From: Amphiscolops sp. MND2022
Lineage: Eukaryota
Length of the DNA: 64,000 nt
NCBI GenBank assembly: GCA_964187785.1
Contig: OZ076414.1
Location: 36,828,001-36,892,000, forward strand
Reading direction: 5' to 3'
The position numbers were made by a program, and so were the translations under genes. Positions 46,518 to 59,330 of the stretch are shown one piece after another; position 1 is the first letter of the stretch; each line of letters starts with the position of its first letter. The notes under the pieces are model-generated. The model was not told the origin of the DNA, ran no database searches, and worked only from the letters and a program-made list of their open reading frames with translations.

Positions 46518-48090
46518 TTAAGGAGGGAAATCGATGTTTGGTTTGGATGAATTATAATGTCGAGGAGGGAGTGAACGTAAATTATAAGGAGAATGAGGAG
46601 CTCTTTTATAGGTGGAGTCATTTTGAGGGTTAAGTGAAGGGGAGGGGGAAATATCAGGAGAATCGGCAATACGAGGAAAGAACTGAGGAAAGGAATCATT
46701 TGAGGAGTTTGAATAATAGATTGGGTTTGGAAGCATTTCAAAATCAGAGTCGTGAGAATCGATTGTATTATCAAGGTTATCTTGAGAAGAAGTATGTGAA
46801 AGGTTGTGGTAAACAAGAGTAGATGTTGGGATGTTATCTAATTTACCTTGTAAGGAAGAGTAATGTGATAAATTTTGATATCTAGGAATAGGAACGGTAG
46901 AATTGTTGGATTGTTTGCTTTTGAAGGATGTAGGGGTTAGAGAAGGATTTGGATTATGTTGTAAATCTAATGAGGAAAATTGAGAAAAGGTATCTTGGTA
47001 AGGTTCAGTATCAGGGTTATTAATAAGAGAAGGGGTAGAATGATAGTGTTTAATATATTGAAAAATTATAGGTTCTTTGGGATAAGATGGAAGAATATGA
47101 TTTCGATGGGTTTGAAATGTAGAGCCATCTTGGGACAGGAGTTCGTACGTTACTTCAGAGAGGTGGTTGAGTATTTTATATGGGCCAATTCGGAGAGGTT
47201 TGAGCTTTTTTGAAAATTTAACCGGTTTAAAATTCGTGTGTATGACAAAAGTATTGAGAGGTAATTGTTTTAAATGAGTTGTTTGAAATGTAGAACTTTG
47301 AGAATTAAGTTTTTGATTCAAATGGCGGTGGACAGTTGAATATATTTCTAACATTGCAGTTTCAGCCGCCAATAGCCATGGGGAGATAGGTTTATCAAGG
47401 AGAGAATGGAAAAAGGGATTAAGGTCTTGAGTGCTATAATGTGAATGAGAGGGAAGAGATTCACAATAAGTTGCTGTACAATTTTTTGATGCATCACGAG
47501 ACAGGTTAAGAGAAAAAGTAAGTGGTATACGAGGATGGGTATGGAAAACAATTTGATAAGGGGAAAGTTTAAGTTGAGAAAAGGGTGTTGTATTATGGGC
47601 ATATGCGTACATTTGAGTTTGAAATGACCAATTAGTAGGAGGAATTGTAAAAATATTCGGAGATGAGTTCCAAGATTTCGGTTTTGAACTTCTACTAAAC
47701 CGTTTGTCCACGGGGAGTAAGGAGTTCGAGGTGAGTGAATAATATGAAAAAGAGAACATAGATGAGCCATATCTTGATTGATATATTCAGTACCTCGGTC
47801 TGTAACTAGGTATTGGGGGGACCAAACTTTGTGATCCAGTGGTGGAGGAGGGTTTGAATTGCATATTTGGAAGTAATATGAGGAGCAGGGTTAGTAACAA
47901 CAAAGTGACTAAATGCGTCAATAATTACAAAAATATAGGAGTTGTTTTGAGATGATAGAGAAATAGGGCCTTTAGTGTCCATAGAGATCCGGTAGTTGAA
48001 GTGAGTTGCACTCTCGTAAAAGGGAAGGGGAGGCGAAATGTTTTGAGGTTTAATAGGAAAATGTTTATTAGTTTGACAATCAATAATTTG
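46518..48090 (-). pseudogene. pol: Integrase of element 3 (zinc finger mostly lost)
   Basis: ISMDTKGP, IIDAFSHF, VTDRGTEY, WTNGLVEVQNRNL, YAHNT, GPYKI. Confidence 0.9.
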
Positions 48091-48287
48091 GTGGACTTGA
48101 AGAAAATTAAAATTTGAATTGAATCGTGTATTAAAAAATGGATGAGGTGTGGAAGAAATATGAGTTCATTATCAGAAGTCTTAAACGTTAAAGGAAGTGT
48201 TGGTTGAATTGGAAAATGGATAATTTGAGAAGCGTTGGGTTTAAAATAGAGCTTATTTTTAACATTGATAGTGTATATGTAAAAAAA

Positions 48288-48683
48288 TTATGGATAATCC
48301 TTTTCTTTATGAGCTGTAAAAGGGAGGGTGGTAATGCGAGATGCGTGTGAAGTATTGAATGTCAGTGACATACTTTCAATATTAAGAGTTTTGACATATT
48401 TTTCAAAAAAAAAAGGGGTTCCAAGGATATTATATTTAATATTGGCTACAGCAAAAGGAATAACAAGGGTACGAGTATTTCCATGAAGGGAGGTATGAAG
48501 GGTAAGTATTAAATTATGGAGAATAGGTACTTCGGATTTATTGGCAACGGTTAAAGTTTTGTATTCATCTTGATGTGGGGGATGTTTTGAGCATTTTAAA
48601 AAGTGATTGGCTAGAATGGTGAAAGTGGGTAAATTTAAAACACAAATGGATGCTCCACTATCAAGTAAGAATAAAAGTTCCAA
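48288..48683 (-). pseudogene. pol: Aspartic protease of element 3
   Basis: FLLDSGASICVL and NILGTPFF. Confidence 0.88.
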
Positions 48684-48725
48684 TTTAGAAGGGATAGAAG
48701 TATCCTCACCAGGTTTGAAAATATA

Positions 48726-51614
48726 TTAATTAACAAACCAAGTGGAAGGAGTAATAGCATTAGCATGTTCAGTATAAGTTGAAGAAGGGTTGGACAACGG
48801 AGGGTTAGGGTGATACATGTTTATTTCAAAATTGGTTTCCGGATTGGAGTTGTTTTGAAGAGGTGGTGTAGATGGATGTGTAAGGTTTAAAGATGGTTTG
48901 TAACGGGATTGAGAATAATTATTCGAATTTGAATGAGATCTACTACGGTAACGATCATTGCGTGGTTTAGAAGGAGGGCGATACGGAGAATTGTATCTAT
49001 GAAAAGAGGAAAAATTTGAGGGACGTTCACGAGAACGATGGTAATATTTGGATGGGCTACGAGAGGAATTAGAGTTATGATATGTTCGTGAAGAAGTGTA
49101 TGATTTGTAAGGATTTTGATTGTAATGTTTATCATATCGAGATCTAACACGATGGTGGTAAGATGAATATGTACGGAAGGGAGTTTTAATATTGTTTCTA
49201 GGACGTGAATGTGAGCGTGAATAAGAACGAGATTGATATCGACTTTCACGAGAAGATCTGCGGGAAGGGTTACTGTGACTTCGATTACGGTAGCGAGGAT
49301 AATGAGATTTATTGGAAGGGCTTTTAACATGTTGATAAAAGGTTGGAGTCGGAGATCTAGATTGTGGTTTTGATTCTTTGAGCATATTGAGGCGGCGACA
49401 GCAAGTTGAAACAGAGTGGTTATTTTTATGGCAAAAGGAACAATATTTTTTGAATTGGGGTTTTGATTTATTGTTAGGATCCATTGCTTGAACTTGTGGA
49501 AATTCGGAAGGGGGATCTTGAATGGTTGTATTTTGTTGAAATTTATTAGAGCGAGTGTTAATTTCAAGGGAAAGTTCTTGAGTTTTAATTTTCTCAAGAG
49601 TAATATCTTCGGAATCAACCATATTGACGAGAGAGTGAAAAGGAATTGAAGGTTCTAAGGAACTGGAAATATGTTTGACTTGGCGTTTATTGGCAAAGTC
49701 CTTTAATTTTTTGGGAGACCACGAGTGAAAATTTCATTACATTTGAGGTTAATAGTAGAAGGGTATTCATTATACCAACCTTGTTTAACAAGGGTTTCGA
49801 CTTTAAGAGCGAAGTGACGGACGTTTTCATTATCCTTTTTAACAAGGGCAAGAGCTTCAATTTGAGCAAGATATGCGTGTTTTTGAGAATAGAATTGCTT
49901 TTTAAAGATCTGGAGAAAAGAAGACCAATCATCTTTATAAACTTGTGGGAGACGATCATACCAATTGGAAGCAGTTCCTGTGAGAGAACAGTAAAGGTGA
50001 GACATTCGACGAGAATGCCAAGTTAAATATGATTGAATATCTACAGGTTGAGGTCCAAGTTGAAATGTTACTCGTGCACTAAGGTGTGCTAAAAATTTCT
50101 CAGGAGGATAGGTGTGGTCGAGGCCATCAAATAGTTTAATAGGATCTGACAGAGCAGCAAAAGGGACAGAAGGAGTGGTTGGAAAAGGAGGAGATGAAAA
50201 GAGAGGAGGATTGGAAGGTAATGATGAAGTGGGAGGATTAGGATAAGAGGGGTTTGGAGGGGGTTGGAGAGAAGTATTGGGGAAGTTTTGAAAGGTAGGA
50301 TAGAGAGAAAGATAAGGGTTGTACGATGTGGATTGGGTAGTAGAAGAAGTATTTTGAGAAGTAGTAGGAATTGGTGGTATGGAAGAAGAAGAGAAGGGAA
50401 TTTGATTAAATGAAGAAGGATCATGAGTGGAAGAAGGTGGAGGATTTTGAGTGAGGGAAAGAGTGGGAAGAGTATTATTTAAAGAAAGAGGAATAGGAGG
50501 TAAGGTGGGGATTTGAAAAGCGGAAGGTTGAACAGTATTGTAAGGAACAGCAGGTGGAGTATTAGAAGGTGTAGTATAGTGGTTTGGAGAGTGAGAAATA
50601 GGAAAGGTTTCATTAGTTGTTGTGATGTGAGAAGTAGAAGTGGAAATGTGTTGATTTAAAGGTGGGTTAGGATTTATTCTAGCATTTGAAGATGAGGGAA
50701 GAGTGTGAATAGAACATTAGAATTTGTATCAGTTGAAAATGGTAGATAGTGTTGTTGTGTATAAGGACGAACAGGAGGAGGGAGGTTAAGACTTTTATCT
50801 GTTAGAGTCATAAGCTAGGCATTTAAAATGAGAAGACGGAAAGTCGAGAAGATTATAAAATTGAAGGTGTTGATTATCAAGAGTATCGAGAAAAGGTAAA
50901 AGTTCATTTTGAGTGAATTGTTGAGGAAAATTTATACAAGCATCTTGGAATTTTGAGTGCCAAACGAGTTGGTAATAATGTCGAAAGAATTTTTGAAGAA
51001 AAAGAGAGTATATCTGAATTTGTTCTTTTGTTTTTGTATTGAGGGTAATATTCTGAAAGAATTGGTATTGAAAATGATGAATTTGAAGAATATCTGTGGT
51101 AAGCCAATTGTGGGGATTATTTTCAATAGTGCGAAATTGTTCAATATTAGGAAGATCAAAAAGATTCCTTTTGATTCCAATTCCTTTTGGAGAAGGTCAT
51201 GTATAGAAGAAGGGTTAAAAACATGTTTAGGTAAAAGATTTTTTTTTGAAGATGATTGAGAAAGGTTGTAAAGATATTAGCGATTGGGATATAAAATTTG
51301 TTAGGATAAATGTTTTTTCGAAAGGTATCAGAGCGGGTTGTGAGAGAAGTAAAGGGAATAGAAAATGGGATTTCTTCAGTATTTGCAATAAGAGAACGGG
51401 TGTCAATATAGTATAGGTAAGAATCATGATGTTCACTAATAAGAGGAAATGTATAAATATCTTCCGGGTAGGTTTCAAAAGGAAGATGAGTGGTGGAGTT
51501 GTAAATAAGGTTGTTAAGAAATTGAGTGAGAGTTTGTGAAGTATCACGAGTGACACGTTGAGAAGTATTGAAAACAAAGGGAAGAGGGATAAGGGGTTGG
51601 ATAGGGTCAGTCAT
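48726..51614 (-). pseudogene. gag: Long gag of element 3 (N-terminal extension, capsid, one CCHC knuckle, Arg/Ser-rich tail), frameshifted
   Basis: SLTGTASNWYDRL...FLQIFKKQF; CSFCHKNNHSVSTC; RSHSNPSRRSSRESRYQSRSYSRSHSRPR. Confidence 0.75.
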
Positions 51615-52384
51615 TAGGAGTGTCTATGGGGATAGAAATATAGCCAAATCCAATCCATAATAACTTCAGGGTGGACGGATGGTCCAGTAGGGAGTGGAAA
51701 GAAATAGCGGTGAAATTTTTGGCGAATGTATATATAAAACGAGAAGATGAACGTGTGAAAATATACGGGTGTACTGATAAGAAGAAGGGAAAGGAAAATT
51801 AGTTGAAGAAGGGCAAGGCAAGGATTGGGGTGAAGGAAGAGGAGGTTCATACAAAAGGAAGGAGAAAAAGAAAGGAGGGTGGGAAAAATAAAGATGATTA
51901 TCAAAATTAGGTATGAAGATAAAAGGGAGAAGGGAGGAGGAAAGGGGGTAATTTAAGAAGAGAGGGAGTTAGTGGAAGAGAGATTCGACAATTTTTTCAA
52001 TGAAGAGCATTAAGAAAACAAGCATTGCAAAAATGTATGACACAAGAAGAAAAATGGTGGCAAGATTTTCGGTAAGAAACATAAATGAATGAAATAGGGA
52101 TTATGCTCTATATTGTTCAATGGCATGAGGAAGGAAAGGAAGAATAAATTTATCAACAAGAAGAAGAACAATGGCACAATGACCAAAAAAGTAGAGGAGG
52201 ATTAGACAAATACAAACGGAGTCATTAAGAGAAGGCATGAAAAAATTTAGGAGGAGGTAGCAATGGAAAAAAATTGAAATGGGAAATTTGATTATAGAAA
52301 AATGGAAGGTAAAAAAGAGGAATGAAAAAGGTGTAGCAGAGAAAGTTGAAATGATGTGATGGGGATTAGGACGGGAAAAGAAAG

Positions 52385-52590
52385 TGTACCAGCGCGTAGC
52401 TGAATCACAAAAGGTGATTAGTACAGAAGAAAATGTCGTACCAGCCAAAAGCTGAATCACTTGAAAGTGATTAGTACAGAAGAGATGAGGTGTACCGACT
52501 ACCAGGTCGAACCACTGTATGTGATTAGTACAGAAAAAGATAGGAGTTGTGTACCGACAATGGGTCGAATCACTTTGTGTGATTAGTACA
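52385..52590 (-). other. Four tandem three-way-junction RNA structure units in the 5' leader of element 3
   Basis: Each unit TGTAC-T-AATCAC-loop-GTG(A/G)TT-(CAGC/CGAC)-loop-(GCTG/GTCG)-GTAC(A/G); stems covary while loops vary freely. Confidence 0.75.
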
Positions 52591-52656
52591 GAAAGTTTGC
52601 TTGGTATTGAAAGAGAAAATGAGAACAAAAAGGTTTAGAAAAAGGAAAGAAAAGAG

Positions 52657-52668
52657 ATGGTCGCACCA
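52657..52668 (-). other. Primer-binding site of element 3 (TGGTGCGACCAT), 2 nt from the LTR
   Basis: TGG follows LTR end ...GTACTTTA-AT; TGGTGCG fits a tRNA-Gly-type 3' end but the tRNA cannot be confirmed here. Confidence 0.6.
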
Positions 52669-52670
52669 AT

Positions 52671-53013
52671 TAAAGTACCTGGTTGTTATTGTTATTAAGT
52701 GTTGAGAGGGAATTAGGTCTTTTATCTGGATTACGATTAGTACTTTAAGAGACGCTAACAGAGCTGCAGTTATTAGGTCTTTTTGATGAAGACAACTATT
52801 CGATGAAGAATCAATTCAAGTTGTGTTGTACAGATTATAATGTATGGTATTGAATGTAAAGTAGTTACATCAGACAATTCATTTTACATCCAGAATATCA
52901 ATTGAGTACATTCATAAATGATGTGCACTGTTCTAAAGTCTAAACATATAGAGTGTGTGGGATATTATATATCATGAGATATTTGGTATATTAATATCAT
53001 CTGCTATATCATC
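52671..53013 (-). repeat. 5' LTR of element 3
   Basis: Direct repeat of 37050-37393. Confidence 0.93.
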
Positions 53014-53760
53014 ACCCTTTTGACTTCGTGGATGAGTCGTCCACTGCTTTAAACGTCGATACATTGAATTCCAGTTTTCATCTAGTGAGGAGTTGGTTTA
53101 GGCATTCTTTCAGTGGTCAACCTCGCCGAAAACTACAGGGCTTATGACGTTTGGCTGAATCTACTGACATGCTGGTGTCGCGCCTTACCGATGATGTCCG
53201 TTCTAAACCGTGGGTCTAGTTGCTAAAGGTTGGACTTGACCAGACCTTGGCTACGTGTGTTGGTGTGCTAGAGAACGCTCCGGCTGAACACCGATTGTTC
53301 CAGCTGTAGACGAATATCGCTCGAGTGTCTTGGCGCAACTAAATGCTATAGAATTTGCTGTTACGAGACCTGTTGGAGTGTCGGCTAAGCCGAAGTCGAG
53401 GCGTTCTTCTGGGCCGAGTAAAGTAAAGGGTGCGCGTACGCAAGCCGATGTGAAGTTAAAATCTCAATCTACCGAGACTGGGTCTGTGGAGCAGGGACCA
53501 ACGTCGAAGCCAGCCAGTCATTCGAAACAGCCTAGAGCGAGCGTCCGAGGGCGTGGGGTGTCAGCCGAAGCGGGAGGAGGACTGGTGGAAATCCCCGTGG
53601 ACCGAAAACGTTGGTGCTCATCAGTTACGGTAGCGAATCGTCGATGCCGGATGTAGCGGGGCCTAGTAAGAAACTGAGTAGTGCGGTTGCTAAGCAAAGG
53701 TCGAAACGCACGACTATGGATTCATCTGATGATGCTTCTGAAGAGTTTGAAACTTTAACA
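53014..53760 (+). pseudogene. 3' continuation of the cargo gene interrupted by element 3 (hAT dimerisation-like segment, Ser/Lys-rich tail)
   Basis: YPFDFVDESSTALNVDTLNSSFHLVRSW continues the frame of ORF 36777-37052; tail ORFs 53330-53656 and 53611-53796 resemble in composition the tail at 15373-15555. Confidence 0.5.
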
Positions 53761-55106
53761 AACTTTGGAACTTTTGCCTGTGTTTCAGTGTGGTAGTGCT
53801 CACTCATGTTGTAATGATGCTGATTTTGTTTTCTTATATATTTTTTGTTGATAACTTTAAACTGATGTTATTGCTTCCTTGCCTTTGTTACAAGTGGGTA
53901 TACTTTTCGATTTATTGATTTGAATTGTGTATTGCGTTCTTAGCTGGTCTTCCTAGTAGTTTTTGTTAAATTTTCATGTTGACTACATTATACTAATTTT
54001 TTGACATATTTTGCATGTAACCTTCGTTAGCTGGTTTCGAAATGTTAGGTCAGTAGGCTCAGCTTTCACAAGTTTTTCGATTCTAGTAGAGTAGTTGCTC
54101 GCGCTACTACCATTTGAAAGCTCTCACCCATCAAGCGCCACTTGTTCATCGTAGTTGTTCGTGATTTTCGGTTACATATGACACAAGTGGAAACTTGGTG
54201 GGTGGGTGGAGCCGCTCCGCTCCTACAGATGATTTGAACATTTTAAGATTTTGCTTTTGTACTCCGCTAGTTGGTGGTTCAGCAGGTGTTTACTAACTAA
54301 GTGTGTCACTTTAGGTTGTCAATTAGTGTGCGGTTTTTCATGTGAGCATTTGTAATTTAAATGTCATTATCGACGTCGTCATCGCTGATGTGTGTCTCTC
54401 GACGTCATCACTCGAGACGTGTGTCAAATTTTAACATTCGGTCATTAGGAAATGGGTATCCCCATGTCCATTGAGTTTGTTGGCAACGCGTGGAGTAACC
54501 CATCCCTTTGTTTTTTGTTTATGTTGTCAAAGTGTCTACATGTGTTTAATTGCCTTGTTCTTTCTGACGCAAGGCGAAGCCTACGAATCACCAGTAAGAA
54601 CAAAGGCGTCACGACTTAATTGTCGAGTAAAGGTGACGACTGCTTGTTACTGTCCTGAGGAAGAAGTTTTTTGCTTTCAGTTCATTGGGAAGGTTGTTTG
54701 CCGTCACAAAAACCCATACAAAACTAACACCGAATCCACTTGCTAAAGGCAAGCTTCATCTGAATATGCACGACCAACCACACGGACACGTTTTTGATGA
54801 CGCACCCACATAGCCGACACCATAGCTATTAAGGTGGAAAACTTGGGACTAGGGTCTTTTCACGTAACCTAAAAAAGTCGGCTAAGTTTTTTTCATTCTT
54901 GGTTGTGGGGTGTTAGGTTCACAAAAGTGACTTAACCCTTTTTATTCAAGGCTGATTGTCACAGAAATGCAGAACAATTCCTTTAGAAAAGTGTGGTTGG
55001 AAAAATTTGTGAATTGCATAAATAAGCAATTCGGTTACATGTGAGTTACATGTCCTTAGTTCGGAAGTTTCTTATCAAAGGTTTGCAGATTTCCGTTGCA
55101 TTAATT

Positions 55107-56750
55107 TTACTGAGGCAGCTTTTGCTTGTAGTTCGTAGTCAAGGAAATAATGGTACGTTTTTGGTACAGACTATACCAGGTTATGTTGTTTCGCGTAATC
55201 GATACAGGCATTTCAGAAGTAGATGCAGTTGACCCCGCGTCATCATTGACAGGGACGTTGTTTTCAGCTTCGGCATGTGGTAATGGTGTGTTCGTTTGTT
55301 CAGGCAGATCTTCGGATTCAGATTGTTGAGTGTTGTTGAAGTAGACTTTTTCTGGTAGTGGTTGTGACAGAGGTGGGACCTCGTGCACTCGTTCATATTC
55401 ATAATAGATCATTCCGTGCTGTGCGTTGATTGTTTCAATTTCGTTTGTGTCGACGTCGCCCGTAGCAATGGTCGGCGCTTGTTGTTCAAGCTCAGGTAAA
55501 TTATCGCTGAAAATTGCTTGATCTTCAGTAGCGTCAAGGTCGCTGTAATGACGACTGGCATCGTCTATTACATCTTCAAAATGATCGTGTGGTACGAATG
55601 GGTGGAGCCGCATTCTATGTACGCACTGCGTTTTAAAGGTTCCTACTTTCCGAACAATGTAATTAGAATGTGACAAGACTTTGACTACATTGTAAGGTCC
55701 TTCACACTTGAATGCGTTAAATGCTAGTTTTTCAGACTGTGAACTGATTCTGGGGTTCAGCAAAAAGGCAAAGTCATTTACTTAAAGCGGTGATGCTTGT
55801 GCCTTTCGGTCGTAATGTGCTTTATACTTGTGAAAGGCTTTGGCAACATTTGCGTGCGTTTGTTTGAATTTGGAATTCAAGTTATCGATGAGTGACTGGG
55901 TGTCTCATGCATTCCTTGGTAAACTCAGAGGATTTCTAAATTTGAGCTCCATTACGTTGTATGGCACGTGTCCGTGGAAAACAATTTGGTCGGAGTACAT
56001 TTCAATGTTTGGTGGTACGTTGTGTTGTGTGCCAGTACGGCAATATCAACGTACCTGTTCCACTGAGGTCGGTCTGCTGGAACGTAAATTTTAAGAATTT
56101 GTTTTAGCTTTTGATGTGATCTCTCGATCATCCCAATTGTCGTAAACCGGTTCGAGTAGAGGTGTTATGGAGTTGTTTTTTACAGGTTTCGTTTTGATAC
56201 AAGTTTGACAGTTATTCACAAATTCTTGCACCTTTTCCGTTAAACCGGGGACGTAGTACTTTTTCCTAAGTTCGACTAGCATTTTTGAAGCATGGGATCG
56301 CCATATATCGTCCTGATTATGGCTTCTGTAGTTTCCGGAGGGACAACAATTTGACGGAAGTCTAAGTTCCCTACGTTGTCAAAGCACTGCCTATACAACA
56401 CGTTGTTCACAACTTCTAGCCTTTTACAGATTTTGAAAAGTTTTTGAAAGAAGGTACTCGTAAAGTTCACTTGGTTTGGGGGGGGGGTTTGTTGCACATT
56501 AAGAATTCTTATCATCCGTTGGACGTCACTATTTTCACCTTGGGCCTTAACAACTTCTGTAGTTCCCGAGGGGCATACCTGATTTACCATGTGAACCTGG
56601 TTCCGTTGGCAGAATCGGATGAAGAACAGAGTCTGGTCAGAAGGCGCCACAAACGGTTGCATCTGGGACTGGATTTCATCTATACGTTTGTGGTACTTTT
56701 CGTCATCTTCATGATGATCTCGTGGTAACATTGCTAGTAAGGTTTGCATT
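55107..56750 (-). pseudogene. pol: Integrase of element 4 with most of the catalytic core deleted
   Basis: PGASKMLVELRKKYY...NCQTCIKTK followed almost directly by VFHGHVPYN and GPYNVVKVL; no D,D(35)E region seen. Confidence 0.8.
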
Positions 56751-57007
56751 GTAGGGTTTTGTGGTGTGGTGCCGTCAGGTACATCGTCTCCTTCTGGGAT
56801 GTATTCCGCTTCATCATCGTCCTGTTTTGGTGTTTTGGAAGCCAGATCGATAACAACTTTGTAGACTGGAATTTCGTCGTTGAGCTTCAGGTGGATTCTG
56901 TCAGTCGGGTTTATATCAAGTCTGGACAGGTAATCGGCTGCTGGGTTTTCGACGCCAGGTACATGAGCCAGGACGAAGTCAAATTGGAGGGCCTGGTCGC
57001 AGTAGTT

Positions 57008-58524
57008 CTACAGTTTGGGCGGTATTCTCATCGATTGGAAGAATCTTGTGAGGGCTTTGTTGTCAGTCAGGACTATAGTTTGCTTTTTCACACCCCACAA
57101 GACATGCGCAAATTCGTCAAACGCAAAATGCATGGCCAGGAACTCTTTTGCGTACATTGTGAGTGACATCTGGCCTTCGGTGAACCTCTGCGATCCGAAA
57201 GCAACAGGAGCGTATGACTTCATCGACCCAACATCGGTGTCTGTGTAGTCCTCTATAAGTAGGACATACCCAGCTGCATGTTCACTAGCATCGCACATGA
57301 TGACCAGTTGTTTGTCTGGTAGAGGTAGTCGTAGGGACATCTTGGCAGCATTAGCGAGGGTCTCATTGATGTCAAATATATCATCTTTGTGAATTTGGGT
57401 GAGTTCATACTTGACGTGCTTCTGGAACAACTTGTATAGAAGAATCAGTTTCTCAGCTAACTTCGGTTTGTACTGGCGGTAGAATTGCACAAATCCAATA
57501 TACCGTTGAAGTGACTTCACAGACGCTGGCAATTTGATGTTTTTCAAGAACTTGTCGATTTTTTCTTCTATGGGTGCGACTCCCTTGGAGGTAATGCTTC
57601 GTCCCAGAAATTCGATTTCGGGTGTCCAAAAGCGCATTTAGCCATTGACAGTTTCAGGCCAGCTTGTCTAATCTTGATGAAGACTAATTCAATATTATCG
57701 ACTAGTTCTTCGACATTGTTGGCTGCAATGCCGATGTCGTCGACGTATTGATCACACTTGTCAGCTTTGACTAGTGGGACCAAGTACTCCCGAACTGTAC
57801 TATTAAAGGCTGATAGTGATCGGTTCAGTCCTTGAGCTAGTCTGAGGTAGGCAAACGTCCTACTTCCGAAGTTGAAGGCGAGTAACTGGACTGATTGTTC
57901 ATCTGCCATCTGCAAACAGTGATACGCTTGCGAACAGTCCAGCTTGCAGAAGTATCGTTTTTCACCCATATGCTGCGTTTCGTCGGCCATTGTCGTCACT
58001 GGATGGTTATGCTGGTTGTAGTCATTCTTCAGTAAGTGATTAATCCGTCTGAGGTCAACAAGAATTCTGAGCTTCCCATTCGGTTTTCGTTGGGCAAAGA
58101 TGGGTGATGAGTACTTACTGTACGGTAACGTGGTGATGATACCGTACTCCTGCATCAGTGCTAACTCAACTAGTAAGTCAACTTTCAGGTTCGTCGGAGT
58201 GGGTAAGCTTTGCGCATAGACTGGTTCATCGTGCTTGGGAGTCAACTTTATCTTGAATTCGGTGTTGATCCCTATATCCAGTCTGTGCCTGGCAAAGCTG
58301 CCATGGTACTTGACCAGTAGAGCCTCAATTCTTTGCTTCTCAAGTTGGCTCAGGATTGACTGTTCCCACTGAAAGTTTGCCAGGGACTCTTGCCGTTGGT
58401 CTTCGTTTACTGTTTGGTCCAATTTCTCCTCCTCCCTGAGTTTGATGATCTCGTCATAGATACGTCTTTCGATTTTGTTGTTTTGACGGGTCATCACATG
58501 TCTCAGGTGTAGGGTACCACCCAC
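57008..58524 (-). pseudogene. pol: Reverse transcriptase and RNase H of element 4
   Basis: LRILVDLRRIN, KLDCSQAYH, QYVDDIG; VIMCDASEHAAGY, YAKEFLAM, VLTDNKAL. Confidence 0.95.
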
Positions 58525-58903
58525 CTTCTGTCTGATTTCATGGTAGGATCCTGGAAGATTTGGTTCAAAACTGCATCAGCATCATCTGGGTATCGTGAGA
58601 TCAGATTGAGTTGATGCTCAGTCATCAGTTGTAGATTATTGGCTTGTTTGGGTGTCATGATTTTGAATGTTGCTACTGCGATTTGCACGTTGTTGGTTAT
58701 CTGGTAATCAAGTGGGTTGGTGATTTGGACATGTGTCCGGCCCTCCTGGGTCTCGCTGAGAGCCGGGGACACCAACAGGTGTGAACGTCGTTCGAAGGTG
58801 GGTAGTCCTTCTACAGTACCAGTGATGTTGCCTATGTCGCGTTCAATTACCACTGGGACGAATACTTGTTGGTTGGGTTGGATGACAATCTTCTGAGTTG
58901 TTT

Positions 58904-59330
58904 TCAGTTCGAGTAGCTTGTTTTTGAATTTCCCGTTAACTGATCGTAGATGGAGGGTGATGTCCGGAATTTCACAATGTTGTCATCTAAATCAAGGGTA
59001 ACTGAGTATTTCTTGAAGAACGACATTCCAATGAGTACGTTCCCCATGGTCGGGAGAACCATGAATGTTTCTTCGAAGACTCTTCCGCCGATGAAAAATC
59101 GTAGTAAAATTTGCTTCCTCACTGGTACAATGTTACCATTGGCGATTTGCACCTTGAACTCCGGGGCAAGGAGCTCGTGGAGATACGCTGCTGGATGCGA
59201 CGTAGTTCTGCTTCTGATATGGCACTTTGGATTGAACCGGTATCCAGAAGGCCAAAATTTTCTGTATGCACGAAATTGTACAGCATCCTGTCTTTCTTGT
59301 TGAGTTGTAAGGTGGCACTCAGCTGGCGGA
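58904..59330 (-). pseudogene. pol: Aspartic protease of element 4
   Basis: LLDTGSIQSAIS near 59240; VLIGMSFF. Confidence 0.75.

Larger units (their letters stand above)
37050..53013 (-). mobile_element. Element 3: env-bearing Ty3/Gypsy (errantivirus-like) element lacking RT and RNase H
   Basis: 344-bp direct repeats at both ends, PBS, gag, protease, integrase, env-like and accessory ORFs all on the minus strand. Confidence 0.92.

Noticed and set aside
52385-52590. Repeat-spacer pattern resembling a mini CRISPR array or hammerhead ribozymes
   Set aside because: No cas genes, eukaryotic retroelement context, variable parts are hairpin loops; no CUGAUGA/GAAA hammerhead core on either strand.
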